Assembly: GCA_001917135.1 (NCBI GenBank)
Contig: MNTT01000014.1
Span: forward strand, 73,620-137,619
Length of the DNA stretch: 64,000 nt
Origin: Acetobacter sp. 46_36
GTDB taxonomy: Bacteria; Pseudomonadota; Alphaproteobacteria; RF32; CAG-239
Direction: 5' to 3'
The notes beneath the pieces were generated by a model. It did no database searches and was not told the DNA's origin. It worked only from the letters and a program-made list of their open reading frames with translations. Below are positions 29,260 to 39,562 of this stretch, in pieces. Numbering within the stretch: the first letter of the stretch is position 1; each line of letters opens with the position of its first letter. Position numbers and translations under genes: made by a program.

Positions 29260-30192
29260 ATGGAAAATACGGAAGAACTGGATATAGACATTGATGATAT
29301 CGGCACAATTTTGAAAAGCAGCCGCCTGAAGAGCAAAAAAAGTATGGAGGAAATTTCCAGCGAACTTTGCATCAGGAAAATATATCTGACGGCATTGGAA
29401 GAAAGTGATTACGAAACTCTGCCTCCGATTCCCTATGGCGTGGGTTATGTTCGTACTTATGCCCGCTATCTGGGGTTGAACCCGGAACGCGCCGTTAAGC
29501 TTTACAAAGCTGCCTCGCAGGTTGAAGAGCAAAGCAAGGATGATGACGACGAGCAAACCCCCGAGGCGAACAAGAGCAACGGCAGGCATATATTGGCCGG
29601 TGTTATTGCGCTTGCAGTGCTGTATGGCGGATGGCATTTGTATACTGTTTCATCTGTTGTGGAAACGGCAAACCGCGGTACAGCTGAAGAAAGTGCCGCA
29701 GAAAACGGTGAAACGGCAGTTTCCGCAGTTGAGAATGATGTAAAAACGGAAGAACTGCCGGCAGCGGAAACCGCCTCTTTGGAAAATGTTGTTTCGCCTG
29801 CTGAAGAAAACCTCCAAACTGACAACACATCTGCGGATTCGGTAAAAACACCGGCAGAAAACGAAGCGGAAAAAGTATCTGAACTGCCGGGAGCTGGGCA
29901 GACCCCGGTACCCGAAAAGCCGGCTGCAGCCGAAGAAGAAGCCGCAGTTTTAGAAGATAATAAAGTTGTCGTAGAATTTACCGGAGAAAGCTGGGTTGAG
30001 CTGAAAGACCGGAAAAAGGTCTATTTTCAGGGAGTCTTCCATCGGGGCGTTAAAAAGGAAATTGACTATGCCGATAACCTGTTTTTGTCCGTGGGACGGC
30101 CGCATAATGTCAAAGTTTATGTAAAAGGCATGGAAAAAAATATTCTTGCCAAGAAGAGGAAAATGAATATCCCCTTAGATTCTTTAGACTAA
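29260..30192 (+). CDS. rodZ: RodZ-like cytoskeleton protein: N-terminal HTH, one TM helix, C-terminal DUF4115-like periplasmic domain. Track ORF starts at 29197 and overlaps the ptsP stop.
   Basis: HTH (IGTILKSSRLKSKKSMEEISSELCIRKIYLTALEE), TM (ILAGVIALAVLYGGW), acidic linker, conserved C-terminal domain. Confidence 0.65.
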   Translation: MENTEELDIDIDDIGTILKSSRLKSKKSMEEISSELCIRKIYLTALEESDYETLPPIPYGVGYVRTYARYLGLNPERAVKLYKAASQVEEQSKDDDDEQTPEANKSNGRHILAGVIALAVLYGGWHLYTVSSVVETANRGTAEESAAENGETAVSAVENDVKTEELPAAETASLENVVSPAEENLQTDNTSADSVKTPAENEAEKVSELPGAGQTPVPEKPAAAEEEAAVLEDNKVVVEFTGESWVELKDRKKVYFQGVFHRGVKKEIDYADNLFLSVGRPHNVKVYVKGMEKNILAKKRKMNIPLDSLD

Positions 30193-30228
30193 ACGAAATG
30201 TTTTTTTAGACTAAACGAAATGTTTTTC
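30185..30228. repeat. Tandem duplication of about 22 bp (TAGACTAAACGAAATGTTTTT x2) spanning the rodZ stop codon and 3'UTR.
   Basis: Read directly from the sequence. Confidence 0.8.
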
Positions 30229-30305
30229 TTGTTGCATTTTGCATCAAAATAAGAAATAACCAATACAAACAACAAACGGTAATAAAACGTAATAAGGAAG
30301 AATTA

Positions 30306-31379
30306 ATGAATTTTCAGGAAAAACTGGCAGGTGTCGTCAGCCGTTATGAAGAAGTACAGTCTTTGCTTGCATCGCCGTCAATAGGGGCAGACGAACTGGT
30401 AAAATTGAATAAGGAAATATCGGTTTTAGAGCCGGTTGTGGAGGCTATCCATAATTACCAAAAGCAGGAAAAGAGTTTTAAAGAGGCCGGTGAATTGATG
30501 CAGGATGCCTCAATGGATAAGGAAATGCGCGAGCTGGCAGAAGCGGAATATTACGAACTGAAGGAAAAACTTCCTGAATTGGAAAAAGAAATCAAAGTTC
30601 TTTTACTGCCCAAAGAAGAAGACGATGAAAAAAATGCGATTCTTGAGGTAAGGGCAGGAACCGGAGGTGATGAGGCTGCCTTGTTTGCCGCAGTCTTGTT
30701 TGAAATGTATCAGCGCTATGCGCAAAAGCAAGGTTGGAAATTTGAAATTTTAGATGCCAGTGAAAACGGTATCGGCGGTTATAAAGAAGCTTCTGCCAAA
30801 ATTACCGGCAAAGATGTTTTCGCCAAATTAAAATTTGAGTCCGGCGCCCACCGGGTACAGCGCGTGCCTGTAACGGAGTCGCAGGGACGAGTGCATACGT
30901 CGGCTGCAACCGTTGCCGTACTTCCTGAAATAGAAGAAGTCGATATGTATATTAATCCTGCCGATTTGAAAATTGATGTTTACCGGGCTTCCGGCGCCGG
31001 CGGACAGCACGTCAACCGTACGGAGTCGGCCGTGCGCATTACGCATATTCCGACCGGTATTGTCGTACAATGTCAGGATGACCGTTCACAGTTTAAAAAT
31101 AAAGAAAAGGCAATGAACCACCTGCGCGCCAAATTATACGATACGCAAAAAGCCAATATTGATGCGACTTATTCCGAAAAACGAAAGTTGCAGGTTGGCA
31201 GCGGTGACCGCAGCGAAAGAATTCGCACTTATAACTATCCTCAGGGGCGTGTAACGGATCATCGGATTAATTTGACACTTTATAAATTGGATGAAGTCGT
31301 TTCGGGCGAAGCTTTAGATGAAATCATTGATGCGCTTATAACCGAAGACCAGGCGCAGCGTCTGGCGGAAATCGACTAA
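30306..31379 (+). CDS. prfA: Peptide chain release factor 1.
   Basis: GGQ motif ([19 protein letters not shown]); PxT-region RF1 pattern. Confidence 0.95.
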   Translation: MNFQEKLAGVVSRYEEVQSLLASPSIGADELVKLNKEISVLEPVVEAIHNYQKQEKSFKEAGELMQDASMDKEMRELAEAEYYELKEKLPELEKEIKVLLLPKEEDDEKNAILEVRAGTGGDEAALFAAVLFEMYQRYAQKQGWKFEILDASENGIGGYKEASAKITGKDVFAKLKFESGAHRVQRVPVTESQGRVHTSAATVAVLPEIEEVDMYINPADLKIDVYRASGAGGQHVNRTESAVRITHIPTGIVVQCQDDRSQFKNKEKAMNHLRAKLYDTQKANIDATYSEKRKLQVGSGDRSERIRTYNYPQGRVTDHRINLTLYKLDEVVSGEALDEIIDALITEDQAQRLAEID

Positions 31380-31535
31380 AGTGCAAAACAGTATATGGTA
31401 TAGTCGTTTTATTGCTATAACAGCCGTATCGGTACATCCGTAATCCTTTGTAACAAATTGTAACATCTTTTTAGAAGATTTTTTTGACAAAAGGTGTTAT
31501 ATAGCCCTCAAATGATACATTAAAAGGGGTGTAAT

Positions 31536-32564
31536 ATGTCAAATTTAATAAAAGTGGCAGTCATCGGCGCCGGCATGATGGGTAAAAATCATCTGCGTAC
31601 CTACAAAAGCCTTCCGGGAGTTGAACTTGTCGGTGTCTATGATATTTTTGGCGAAAATGCCAAAAAGGCTGCTGAAATGTTTGGAATTAAAGCTTTTACC
31701 TCATTGGAAGAAGTGGCCCGTGCTGTAGATGCTGTCAGTGTCGTAACAACATCTGTTGCACATTGCGAAGTCGGCGAATTCTTTTTGAATAAGGGAATTC
31801 ATTGCATGATGGAAAAACCTCTGGCTACAACAGAAGAAGAATGCCGGCGGCTGATTGATGCAGCAAGAAAAAATAATGTTACGCTTCTTGTCGGGCATAT
31901 TGAACGGTTTAACCCGGCAGTTGAACAGATGGGGAAAATCCTTTCCGATACCAGTAAAATCCGTTCGCTGACGGCACAGAGAATGTCGGCGGCAAGCGGC
32001 AGAATTACTGATGTCGATGTTGCCATGGATTTGATGATACACGACGTAGAAGTTATCCAGTCTTTAGTGAAGTCTCCGGTTGTAAATGTTCAGGCAGCCG
32101 CTGTAAAAACGCCCGGAAATGAAAGCGGAAAAGACTACATCACGGCATTGTTGGAATTTGCGAGCGGCGCTACTGCTAATATTACGGCGAGCCGCATTAC
32201 GCAGGCGCGCGTCCGTACATTAACCGTTACGACGGATACCAACTATATTGATATGGACTTTATCAATCAGAGCATAAACGTTCATTCGCAGGGACGTATG
32301 CCGTATGTAAACCAGGAAAATATCCCCGAGTGGATGAATTACGGCCTTAAAGGAAGTGTTGAACAGTTGTTTATTCCGACCAACCAGCCGCTTCAGGCCG
32401 AATTATCTCATTTCATCAGCTGCGTCAAAGGGGAAGCAACTCCTCGTATCAGCGGCGAAGATGCTTTAAATGCACTGCGTGTTATCTGGCAGATACAGGA
32501 TGCTTTGGGACTGTCCAGAACAATTTCATCAACGGCTGGAGCAATGGTTGCCAAAGCAGCATAA
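31536..32564 (+). CDS. Gfo/Idh/MocA-family NAD(P)-dependent oxidoreductase.
   Basis: N-terminal Rossmann VAVIGAGMMGKNH; family-typical EKP motif (MMEKPLA). Confidence 0.8.
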   Translation: MSNLIKVAVIGAGMMGKNHLRTYKSLPGVELVGVYDIFGENAKKAAEMFGIKAFTSLEEVARAVDAVSVVTTSVAHCEVGEFFLNKGIHCMMEKPLATTEEECRRLIDAARKNNVTLLVGHIERFNPAVEQMGKILSDTSKIRSLTAQRMSAASGRITDVDVAMDLMIHDVEVIQSLVKSPVVNVQAAAVKTPGNESGKDYITALLEFASGATANITASRITQARVRTLTVTTDTNYIDMDFINQSINVHSQGRMPYVNQENIPEWMNYGLKGSVEQLFIPTNQPLQAELSHFISCVKGEATPRISGEDALNALRVIWQIQDALGLSRTISSTAGAMVAKAA

Positions 32565-32585
32565 TCGGATACATACCAAAAAATT

Positions 32586-33326
32586 ATGCGTTACAAAATT
32601 ACGATAGAATACGACGGCACTAACCTCTTCGGCTGGCAAAAACAGGACGAAGGGGTTAGTGTTCAGTATTTTTTGGAAGAGGCTTTGACGGGCTTTACTC
32701 ACCGGAAGATAGATGTTTTTGGCGCCGGGCGCACGGATGCCGGCGTCCATGCTTTAGGGCAGGTTGCACATTTTGACTTAGAAACGTCAATGGATTTGTT
32801 TCACCTGCGCGAAGCGTTCAATGCACGTTTGCGGATACTTGGCGCCCCTGTTTCGGTTATAGAAGTCGAAGAAGCCTCACCGGATTTTCATGCCCGTTTT
32901 TCAGCTGTCGGGCGCGGATATGTATATCGCATTCTGAACCGCAGGGCTCCGACGGTATTGCTTACAAATCGCGTATGGACGGTGGGATATCCGCTTGATG
33001 TGGAAAAAATGCGAGAGGGGGCAAAATATCTTCTGGGACATCATGATTTTACATCGTTTCGCGGCGCCGGGTGCCAGGCTCTTTCTCCCCTTAAGACGTT
33101 GGACAGACTGGATATCACAACTAATGGCGATGAAATAGATTTCGTTGTCGAAGCCCGGTCATTTCTGTACCATCAGGTGCGTAATATGGTAGGAACCCTG
33201 AAATCAGTCGGCGATGGAAAATTTTCCCCGCAGGACGTTAAATTTATTTTGGAAAAAAAAGACCGAGCTTGCGCGGGAGCTACAGCTCCGGCATGCGGTT
33301 TGTATTTAAGCAAAGTGATGTATTAA
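32586..33326 (+). CDS. truA: tRNA pseudouridine(38-40) synthase TruA.
   Basis: TruA motifs (GWQKQ, GAGRTDAGVHALGQVAHFD). Confidence 0.9.
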   Translation: MRYKITIEYDGTNLFGWQKQDEGVSVQYFLEEALTGFTHRKIDVFGAGRTDAGVHALGQVAHFDLETSMDLFHLREAFNARLRILGAPVSVIEVEEASPDFHARFSAVGRGYVYRILNRRAPTVLLTNRVWTVGYPLDVEKMREGAKYLLGHHDFTSFRGAGCQALSPLKTLDRLDITTNGDEIDFVVEARSFLYHQVRNMVGTLKSVGDGKFSPQDVKFILEKKDRACAGATAPACGLYLSKVMY

Positions 33327-33483
33327 AAACGGCAGCTGCCTGCAAGGGCAGTTGTTTGCAAGCTGAACTGGATTCTCTGTGTGTGCTTTACCTGACGTAG
33401 TCGCAGTGCAGGGCGTTGGGAATGCGGTGGATATAAAAAGGCAGCCGAACGAAGAAAACATCAAACTGCATGGTATGATTGCG

Positions 33484-33795
33484 TTATGTCTTGTGCATTT
33501 TCATAAAGTATTCTCCGCCACGCATAATCCGCTGCTGTTGTTTATATGATAGCGCGTAGAGAAAATCAGCAGACCTTTTGCGTTTCTTTACTTCGCAAAA
33601 AACGATTCTTTTTCCTTTGGCGGCGACAAAATCCAATTCGCCGCAGGATGTCTTTTTGCCGCTGCCACATTTATAGTTCTTTGCGATAATACGGTAGCCG
33701 TGCAGTCTCATATATAACCGGCAGACAAATTCCGCCAGTTGTCCTGATTTATAGGGCGTTATTTTTAAGTTCCAAAGCTTTTTCATATACGTCAT
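33484..33795 (-). CDS. yraN: YraN/UPF0102-family predicted endonuclease.
   Basis: GELDFVA...EVK motif of the UPF0102 family; conserved position next to rsmI. Confidence 0.7.
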   Translation of the reverse strand: MTYMKKLWNLKITPYKSGQLAEFVCRLYMRLHGYRIIAKNYKCGSGKKTSCGELDFVAAKGKRIVFCEVKKRKRSADFLYALSYKQQQRIMRGGEYFMKMHKT

Positions 33796-34588
33796 TTCTT
33801 TTTAAATGGTATTTTTCCGCAATATTTTTAACTGCTTCTTTAAGGGTGCAGCGGCTTAATTCATCAGTCAGCAGTTTTTCCAAATCCGGCTTTTCCTGCT
33901 CGTCGGCATGCGGCGGAGCAATAACCAAAACGATTTCTCCTTTGGCCGGCTTTTCTGCAAATTTTCGTCTGACGTCTCCGGGCAGGCCTGAAATGCATTC
34001 TTCATATAGTTTGCTGATTTCCCGGATGACGGCTATTTCCCTCTGCGGCATCAGCTTTTCCAAAACAGCCAATGTCTTTTCTAATCGGATTGCCGTTTCA
34101 TATAAAACCAGCGTCGTATTGATATTTTTCAACTCTGTAAATAAATCAAGCCTGGGTTTATCTTTGTTGGGGATAAAACCGGCAAACATAAACCGGTTGG
34201 TCGGCAGGCCGGAAAGCTGCAAAGCACAGATAACGGCACAAGCGCCTGGAACGGTTGTGACTTTGATGTTCTGCTGCCGGCACTCGCGTACAAGTTTATA
34301 TCCGGGGTCTGAGATAAGCGGGGAACCGGCGTCGCTGATAAGGGCAACGCTTTTTCCGTTTCTGATAAAATCTATAATCTGTTGGAATTTTTCCTGTTCA
34401 GAGTGGTCTTCGTAAGTAATGAAAAACTTATGCGTAGAGATGCCCAACAGCGAAAACAGCTTTTTGCTGATTCTGGTATCCTCTGCGGCAATAATCTCGG
34501 CGTCTTGCAAAACGTCGATTCCTCTGGGGGATAAATCTCTGATATTGCCAATCGGGGTCGCAACAATATACAAACCTGCATCTAACAT
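33749..34588 (-). CDS. rsmI: 16S rRNA (cytidine1402-2'-O)-methyltransferase RsmI. Start at MLDAGLYIV.
   Basis: Tetrapyrrole-methylase fold; LYIVATPIGNIRDLSPRG...AEDTR motif. Confidence 0.9.
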   Translation of the reverse strand: MLDAGLYIVATPIGNIRDLSPRGIDVLQDAEIIAAEDTRISKKLFSLLGISTHKFFITYEDHSEQEKFQQIIDFIRNGKSVALISDAGSPLISDPGYKLVRECRQQNIKVTTVPGACAVICALQLSGLPTNRFMFAGFIPNKDKPRLDLFTELKNINTTLVLYETAIRLEKTLAVLEKLMPQREIAVIREISKLYEECISGLPGDVRRKFAEKPAKGEIVLVIAPPHADEQEKPDLEKLLTDELSRCTLKEAVKNIAEKYHLKRNDVYEKALELKNNAL

Positions 34589-34660
34589 CTTATAACTCTT
34601 TACAATAAAGGTTTTTTGTTTTAAATAGAACAACATAATTGTTTAATATTTTGGGAATAA

Positions 34661-35923
34661 ATGCAAGTGTTAAAAAAAATCGCCTTATTTTTTCTGTGTC
34701 TCGGGCTTTTCGGCTGCAACAGCCCCTTGACGGACAATCGTATTGAACTTTCCGATCAGCGCTATGATATTATTGATTATGATGCAATAAATAAGTCCAT
34801 GGTTGCGGAAAACCCGTTAAACGTAGCGGTTTTGCTCCCCTTGACGGGCAAAGCGTCAAATGTGGGGCTGGGAATGCAAAATGCAATGTTTATGGCATTG
34901 GATGATTTACAGAATAATCGTATGGTCCTGAAATTTTATGATACCGGCAGTACGGAAAATGGGGCGGCTGTGGCGGCAGACCGAGCAGTACAGGAAGGTG
35001 CAAATCTCATCCTCGGACCGTTAATGGGTAATGAAGTTGAGGGAGTTTCTTCCGTCGCTTTATCGGCAGATGTTCCTGTAGTTTCCTTTACGACGTCGCC
35101 GCAGGTCTTGCAGAAAGGAATTTACAGCATCGGGCTGTTGACCGGTGAGCAGGTTGACCGGGCAGTTTCTTATGCCGCGGCTCAGGGACGGTCGAAATTG
35201 GCGCTTTTGGTGCCGGACAATAACAGCGGTTTAAATATTGTAAAGGCAGCTTTAATGTCTTCCGTTGCAAAGGATATGTCTTTGGTCAAAGTAGGGTTTT
35301 ACAGCCCCGAGAATATGGATTTTTCGGTAATGGTAAAAGAAATGTCATCAGCAGCGGATTTTGATGCGGTAATGATTGCAGACAGTGGCAATCGGCTTAA
35401 GTCCATGGCGTCAATGTTTGCTTACAATGACATCATGTATCCCGATGTATTGTTTTTGGGAACGTCTGCTTGGGATAATACTAATTTGAGCAAAGAAACG
35501 ATTTTGTATCACGGCGTATATCCGATGGTATCAAAGAGTTACGGAACTTATTTTACCGATAAATACAAAGAAACGTTTGGTGAACAGCCGAAAAGCATAT
35601 ATTCATTTGCCTACGACAGCGTGCTGTTAGCATCCGTTTTGTCAACGAAAGACCGGAATGATTTGGATGCGGCCTTAACCGGCAAAAGCGGATTTATCGG
35701 TGTGAATGGATTCTTTAAGATTCTTCCGACAGGGCAAAGTTACCATAGCTTGGAAATGCTGGAGATAACGAAAGATGGGCCAAAAGTCGTCTCTAAAGCT
35801 GACAATCGGAATTCAGATTATGTCGACAGCGAAATAGATATTCGCTATATCCCGTATGAAAAACTACCAAAATTTTATGGCAAAAGCAGTTCCGAAGTTT
35901 TAAAATGGCTGTATAACAATTAG
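34661..35923 (+). CDS. Periplasmic binding-protein (type I, LpoA/LppC-like) lipoprotein; possible penicillin-binding protein activator.
   Basis: Lipobox LFGC; VAVLLPLTGKASNVG...LILGPL periplasmic-binding-protein pattern. Confidence 0.55.
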   Translation: MQVLKKIALFFLCLGLFGCNSPLTDNRIELSDQRYDIIDYDAINKSMVAENPLNVAVLLPLTGKASNVGLGMQNAMFMALDDLQNNRMVLKFYDTGSTENGAAVAADRAVQEGANLILGPLMGNEVEGVSSVALSADVPVVSFTTSPQVLQKGIYSIGLLTGEQVDRAVSYAAAQGRSKLALLVPDNNSGLNIVKAALMSSVAKDMSLVKVGFYSPENMDFSVMVKEMSSAADFDAVMIADSGNRLKSMASMFAYNDIMYPDVLFLGTSAWDNTNLSKETILYHGVYPMVSKSYGTYFTDKYKETFGEQPKSIYSFAYDSVLLASVLSTKDRNDLDAALTGKSGFIGVNGFFKILPTGQSYHSLEMLEITKDGPKVVSKADNRNSDYVDSEIDIRYIPYEKLPKFYGKSSSEVLKWLYNN

Positions 35924-35988
35924 TGTTGATAGTTGTTTTTTAACTTGCAAATTAGTCAGGTTTGCGCATTATAGGAAAGTGTTAATAT

Positions 35989-36074
35989 GAAGGGTACAGG
36001 GTTGTTTTGCTGCCAACCCGGTCAGGTTCGGAAGAAAGCAGCCGTAACAGTTAAAACAAGGTCTGTATCCCTTC
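35989..36074 (+). ncRNA. ffs: Signal recognition particle RNA (4.5S/ffs-type small SRP RNA) directly upstream of dnaX.
   Basis: Conserved domain IV motif CCGGTCAGGTTCGGAAGAAAGCAGCCGTAACAG (compare E. coli CCAGGUCAGGUCCGGAAGGAAGCAGCCAAGGCAG). 5' GAAGGGTACAGG pairs with 3' CTGTATCCCTTC. Confidence 0.75.
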
Positions 36075-36084
36075 GCCTCATAAG

Positions 36085-37845
36085 TTGAAAGCAATGGCAG
36101 AAGAAAATACAAACGAAAATCAATATGTCGTCTTGGCGCGCAAATACCGCCCCCAAAATTTTGAAGATTTACTGGGGCAGGATGCTTTGGTTCAAACGTT
36201 GACGAATGCCATACAAAACAACCGCCTGCACCATGCGTATATCCTGACCGGGATTCGCGGAGTCGGTAAAACAACGACAGCACGTCTGATTGCCCGCGCA
36301 TTAAACTGTACCGGGGCAGACGGCAAAGGCGGCCCGACAATCCATCCTTGCGGGGTGTGCGATAATTGCAAGGCGATTGCAGCAGGGCGTCATATGGATG
36401 TAATGGAATTGGATGCTGCCTCGCATACGGGGGTAGATGATATCCGGGAGCTTTTGGACAGTGCACGTTACGCGCCAACAAATGCCCGCTATAAAGTTTA
36501 TATTATAGACGAAGTTCATATGCTGTCAAAAGGGGCTTTTAATGCGCTTTTGAAGACGCTGGAAGAACCCCCGGCTCATGTAAAGTTTATCTTTGCAACC
36601 ACGGAAATTCGCAAAGTTCCCGTAACGATTCTATCCCGCTGCCAGAGGTTCGATTTGCAGCGGCTGTCTGTTGAAACCCTGACGCAGCTGTTTACGAAAA
36701 TTCTTGCCAACGAAAATATCCCGGCAGAAACGGAAGCCTTGGATATTATTGCCAAAGCAGCTGACGGCTCTGCTCGCGACGGTTTGTCTTTGCTTGATCA
36801 GGCAATCGTTTTAAGCAATGGCAACATTAATACTGATGTTGTGAAAAAGATGTTGGGACTTGCAGATCGTAGTCAGACACTGACACTGTTTGAAAATTTG
36901 GTAAACGGGAATATGGAAGCGGTGCTCAAAGACATTTCCGAACAGTATACCAACGGTGCGACACCGATGATTGTCTTGCAGGATTTAATAAATATCACGC
37001 ATGATTTGGCAAAAGTAAAAATTATACCGGCGCTTTTAAATTCAACGAGCCTGAGCGAAATAGAGAAAAAAACGTTTGCCACACTCAGCACGTCATGTTC
37101 TCTGGCTGTCCTGTCTAAAATCTGGCAGATGCTTATAAAAGGGATTTCTGAAATAAATATGGCGCCGTCGGCAGTGGAAGCTCTGGAAATGATACTGTTG
37201 CGCGTAGCCTATTCGGCCTCTTTGCCGACACCTTATGAAATTTTAAATGAAGTAAAAAAAAACTCTGATTTAGCCGGTATCAGCTCTGTTTATTCCGGGC
37301 AGTCAGCCCTCTTGCAAAATTCTGCCGCTGCTGCACCAGTATCAGTTCCGCCATCCGGAACAGAAAAAAAAAATGATTTGACCGCAACTGTGTCTGCAGG
37401 AGAAACCAGCGGATTCAATACTGTCGAAGATTTATTGCGCTATCTTGAAGGTACCAAAAAAGCCTTGATTGAATATTCAATCAAACATGACGTATGTATT
37501 CGGGAATTTTCTGACGGGCACATCGCCATGAACATTGCGCCGTCCATTCATCAGGATTTTATAATGAATTTGCATAAGTTGCTCAGTGAAGCGACCGGCC
37601 GTCAATGGGAAATTGAAATTATTAAGGGAGATTTGGGCGAAACCATTGCGGATAAAGAAAAATCCGTAGCCGAAGCAACAAAGAAAAATGTTTCCGAATA
37701 TCCGTTGGTCAAAAAAATTCTGGAAGAATTTAAAGGCGCCAAGATTGAAACGGTAATTCGTAAAAATCTTGAAGAACTGGCCGAAAATGAACCGGATATT
37801 CCGGGAGATACAGTCCCCGTAACCTATTTTGAAGAAGAGGAATGA
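36085..37845 (+). CDS. dnaX: DNA polymerase III subunit tau/gamma.
   Basis: AAA+ Walker A GIRGVGKTT; zinc module CGVCDNC; clamp-loader boxes. Confidence 0.95.
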   Translation: MKAMAEENTNENQYVVLARKYRPQNFEDLLGQDALVQTLTNAIQNNRLHHAYILTGIRGVGKTTTARLIARALNCTGADGKGGPTIHPCGVCDNCKAIAAGRHMDVMELDAASHTGVDDIRELLDSARYAPTNARYKVYIIDEVHMLSKGAFNALLKTLEEPPAHVKFIFATTEIRKVPVTILSRCQRFDLQRLSVETLTQLFTKILANENIPAETEALDIIAKAADGSARDGLSLLDQAIVLSNGNINTDVVKKMLGLADRSQTLTLFENLVNGNMEAVLKDISEQYTNGATPMIVLQDLINITHDLAKVKIIPALLNSTSLSEIEKKTFATLSTSCSLAVLSKIWQMLIKGISEINMAPSAVEALEMILLRVAYSASLPTPYEILNEVKKNSDLAGISSVYSGQSALLQNSAAAAPVSVPPSGTEKKNDLTATVSAGETSGFNTVEDLLRYLEGTKKALIEYSIKHDVCIREFSDGHIAMNIAPSIHQDFIMNLHKLLSEATGRQWEIEIIKGDLGETIADKEKSVAEATKKNVSEYPLVKKILEEFKGAKIETVIRKNLEELAENEPDIPGDTVPVTYFEEEE

Positions 37846-38168
37846 AAATGTTAAATATCCAAGGATTAATGAAACAAGCTCAGGCAATGCAGAAAAAAAT
37901 GCAGGAAGCGCAGGAAAAATTGGCTGAAACCGAAGTAAACGGAACTTCTGGCAATGGTATGGTGTCCGTAATTCTAAACGGAAAATCGGAGATGAAAAAA
38001 ATTACCATTGACAAATCGCTGGTAAATGCTGATGACACTGAAATGCTGGAAGATTTGATTTTGGTTGCATACAATGAGGCTCATGCAAAGGTTGAAGCTC
38101 TGGCCGAAGAGGGGATGAAGGCCGCAACCGGTGGTGTCAATCTTGGCGGTTTGAAACTTCCGTTTTAG
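37842..38168 (+). CDS. ybaB: Nucleoid-associated protein YbaB/EbfC.
   Basis: Conserved YbaB sequence; dnaX-ybaB-recR order. Confidence 0.9.
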   Translation: MKMLNIQGLMKQAQAMQKKMQEAQEKLAETEVNGTSGNGMVSVILNGKSEMKKITIDKSLVNADDTEMLEDLILVAYNEAHAKVEALAEEGMKAATGGVNLGGLKLPF

Positions 38169-38176
38169 GAAAATCA

Positions 38177-38770
38177 ATGTCAGGACAATATATTGAACAG
38201 CTGATAAAACTTATAGCCCGCTTTCCTTCTTTAGGGAGCCGTTCGGCGCGGAGAATAGTTCTGCATCTGCTGAAAAAAAAGGAGATATTAATCCCTCAGC
38301 TGATTACCGCATTACAGGATGTCTATGAAAATATAAAAGTTTGTGAGATTTGTGGCAACTATGATACGGAAAATCCATGCTCAATATGCCGTTCTGCCGC
38401 AAGAGACACCGGGCTTTTGTGCGTTGTTCAGGACATAAGCGACTTATGGGCGTTGGAGCGCGGCGGTCTGTATAAAGGGCGTTATCATGTTTTGGGCGGT
38501 GTCCTTTCGGCAATAGAAGGGATAACGCCAGAAGACCTGAATATTGATAAGCTGGTAAAACGGATTGAGACGGAAGCAATTTCGGAAATCATTCTTGCCT
38601 TGCCCGCCACAGTGGATGGACAGATAACAATGCATTACATTTCATCTTTGTTGAAAGACAAAAATATAAAAATCTCGTCTTTGGCACAGGGGATTCCCGT
38701 AGGTGGCGAGCTTGACTATATGGACGATGGAACGATTAAGCTGGCATTGGATTTGCGCAAGCAGCTATAA
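38177..38770 (+). CDS. recR: Recombination protein RecR.
   Basis: N-terminal HhH; C4 zinc finger CEICGNYDTENPCSIC; Toprim domain. Confidence 0.95.
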   Translation: MSGQYIEQLIKLIARFPSLGSRSARRIVLHLLKKKEILIPQLITALQDVYENIKVCEICGNYDTENPCSICRSAARDTGLLCVVQDISDLWALERGGLYKGRYHVLGGVLSAIEGITPEDLNIDKLVKRIETEAISEIILALPATVDGQITMHYISSLLKDKNIKISSLAQGIPVGGELDYMDDGTIKLALDLRKQL

Positions 38771-38823
38771 CCGGCGGTAATTTAGTTGCCTTTGGTTCTT
38801 CTCGGTCAAAAAACGAAGGTTGT

Positions 38824-39561
38824 CTATTGTTTGTTTTCCATATCATTATGCAAAATTGTTTCGTCATCTTGTGAAGATATATTCTTATCTATGCTGTAAC
38901 CATTGGCGCGTACGGTTCTGATATAATCAGGGCCATATTTGTTAAGAGTCTTTCGCAACCGCCGGATATGGACGTCAACTGTCCGTGATTCGACATAAAT
39001 ATTTTCACCCCAGACCGATTTCAACAAGACTTCGCGCGAAAATACTTTGCCCGGCTCCTTGAGCAACATTTTCAAAAGCCTGAATTCAGTAGGGCTGAGA
39101 TGCAGGTAATTATCGCCGCGTCGAACTTTGCGCTCTGTCAGATCCATGGTTATATCTTCAAAAACAATCAGTTTTTCTTTTTCTTCAAACAGAGGCGCCC
39201 GCCTCATATTGGTTTTGACTCTTGCCATAAGTTCAGGAACGGAAAAAGGCTTTGTAACATAATCGTCTGCACCGGCTCCGAGACCTTTAATTTTGTCTTC
39301 TTCCTGGCTTTTTGCCGTAAGCATAATAATCGGTATGTTCTTAATATCGGGTTTTGAACGCACCAGCTTACATATTTCTACGCCCGAAATTTCAGGCAGC
39401 ATCCAATCCAGAAGGATGACGGAAGGCATAAGGCGCTCAATCTCACTGATGGCATTCAGGCCGTTAGATACGGTTGCAACCTCATATCCTTCTTTTTCAA
39501 GGTTATAACTTAAGAGCATTGCTAACGGTTCTTCGTCTTCTATAATCATAACCAGACTCAT
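38824..39561 (-). CDS. phoB: OmpR/PhoB-family response regulator, closest to PhoB. No histidine kinase gene is adjacent.
   Basis: Receiver domain with PhoB-specific ILLDWMLPEISGV and IPIIMLTAKSQEEDKIKGLGAGADDYVTKPFSVPELMARV; winged-helix C-terminus. Confidence 0.75.
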   Translation of the reverse strand: MSLVMIIEDEEPLAMLLSYNLEKEGYEVATVSNGLNAISEIERLMPSVILLDWMLPEISGVEICKLVRSKPDIKNIPIIMLTAKSQEEDKIKGLGAGADDYVTKPFSVPELMARVKTNMRRAPLFEEKEKLIVFEDITMDLTERKVRRGDNYLHLSPTEFRLLKMLLKEPGKVFSREVLLKSVWGENIYVESRTVDVHIRRLRKTLNKYGPDYIRTVRANGYSIDKNISSQDDETILHNDMENKQ

Positions 39562-39562
39562 G

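Noticed and set aside
35969-36481. 170-aa minus-strand ORF
   Set aside because: Overlaps the SRP RNA gene and the first 400 nt of dnaX in antisense; no motifs.
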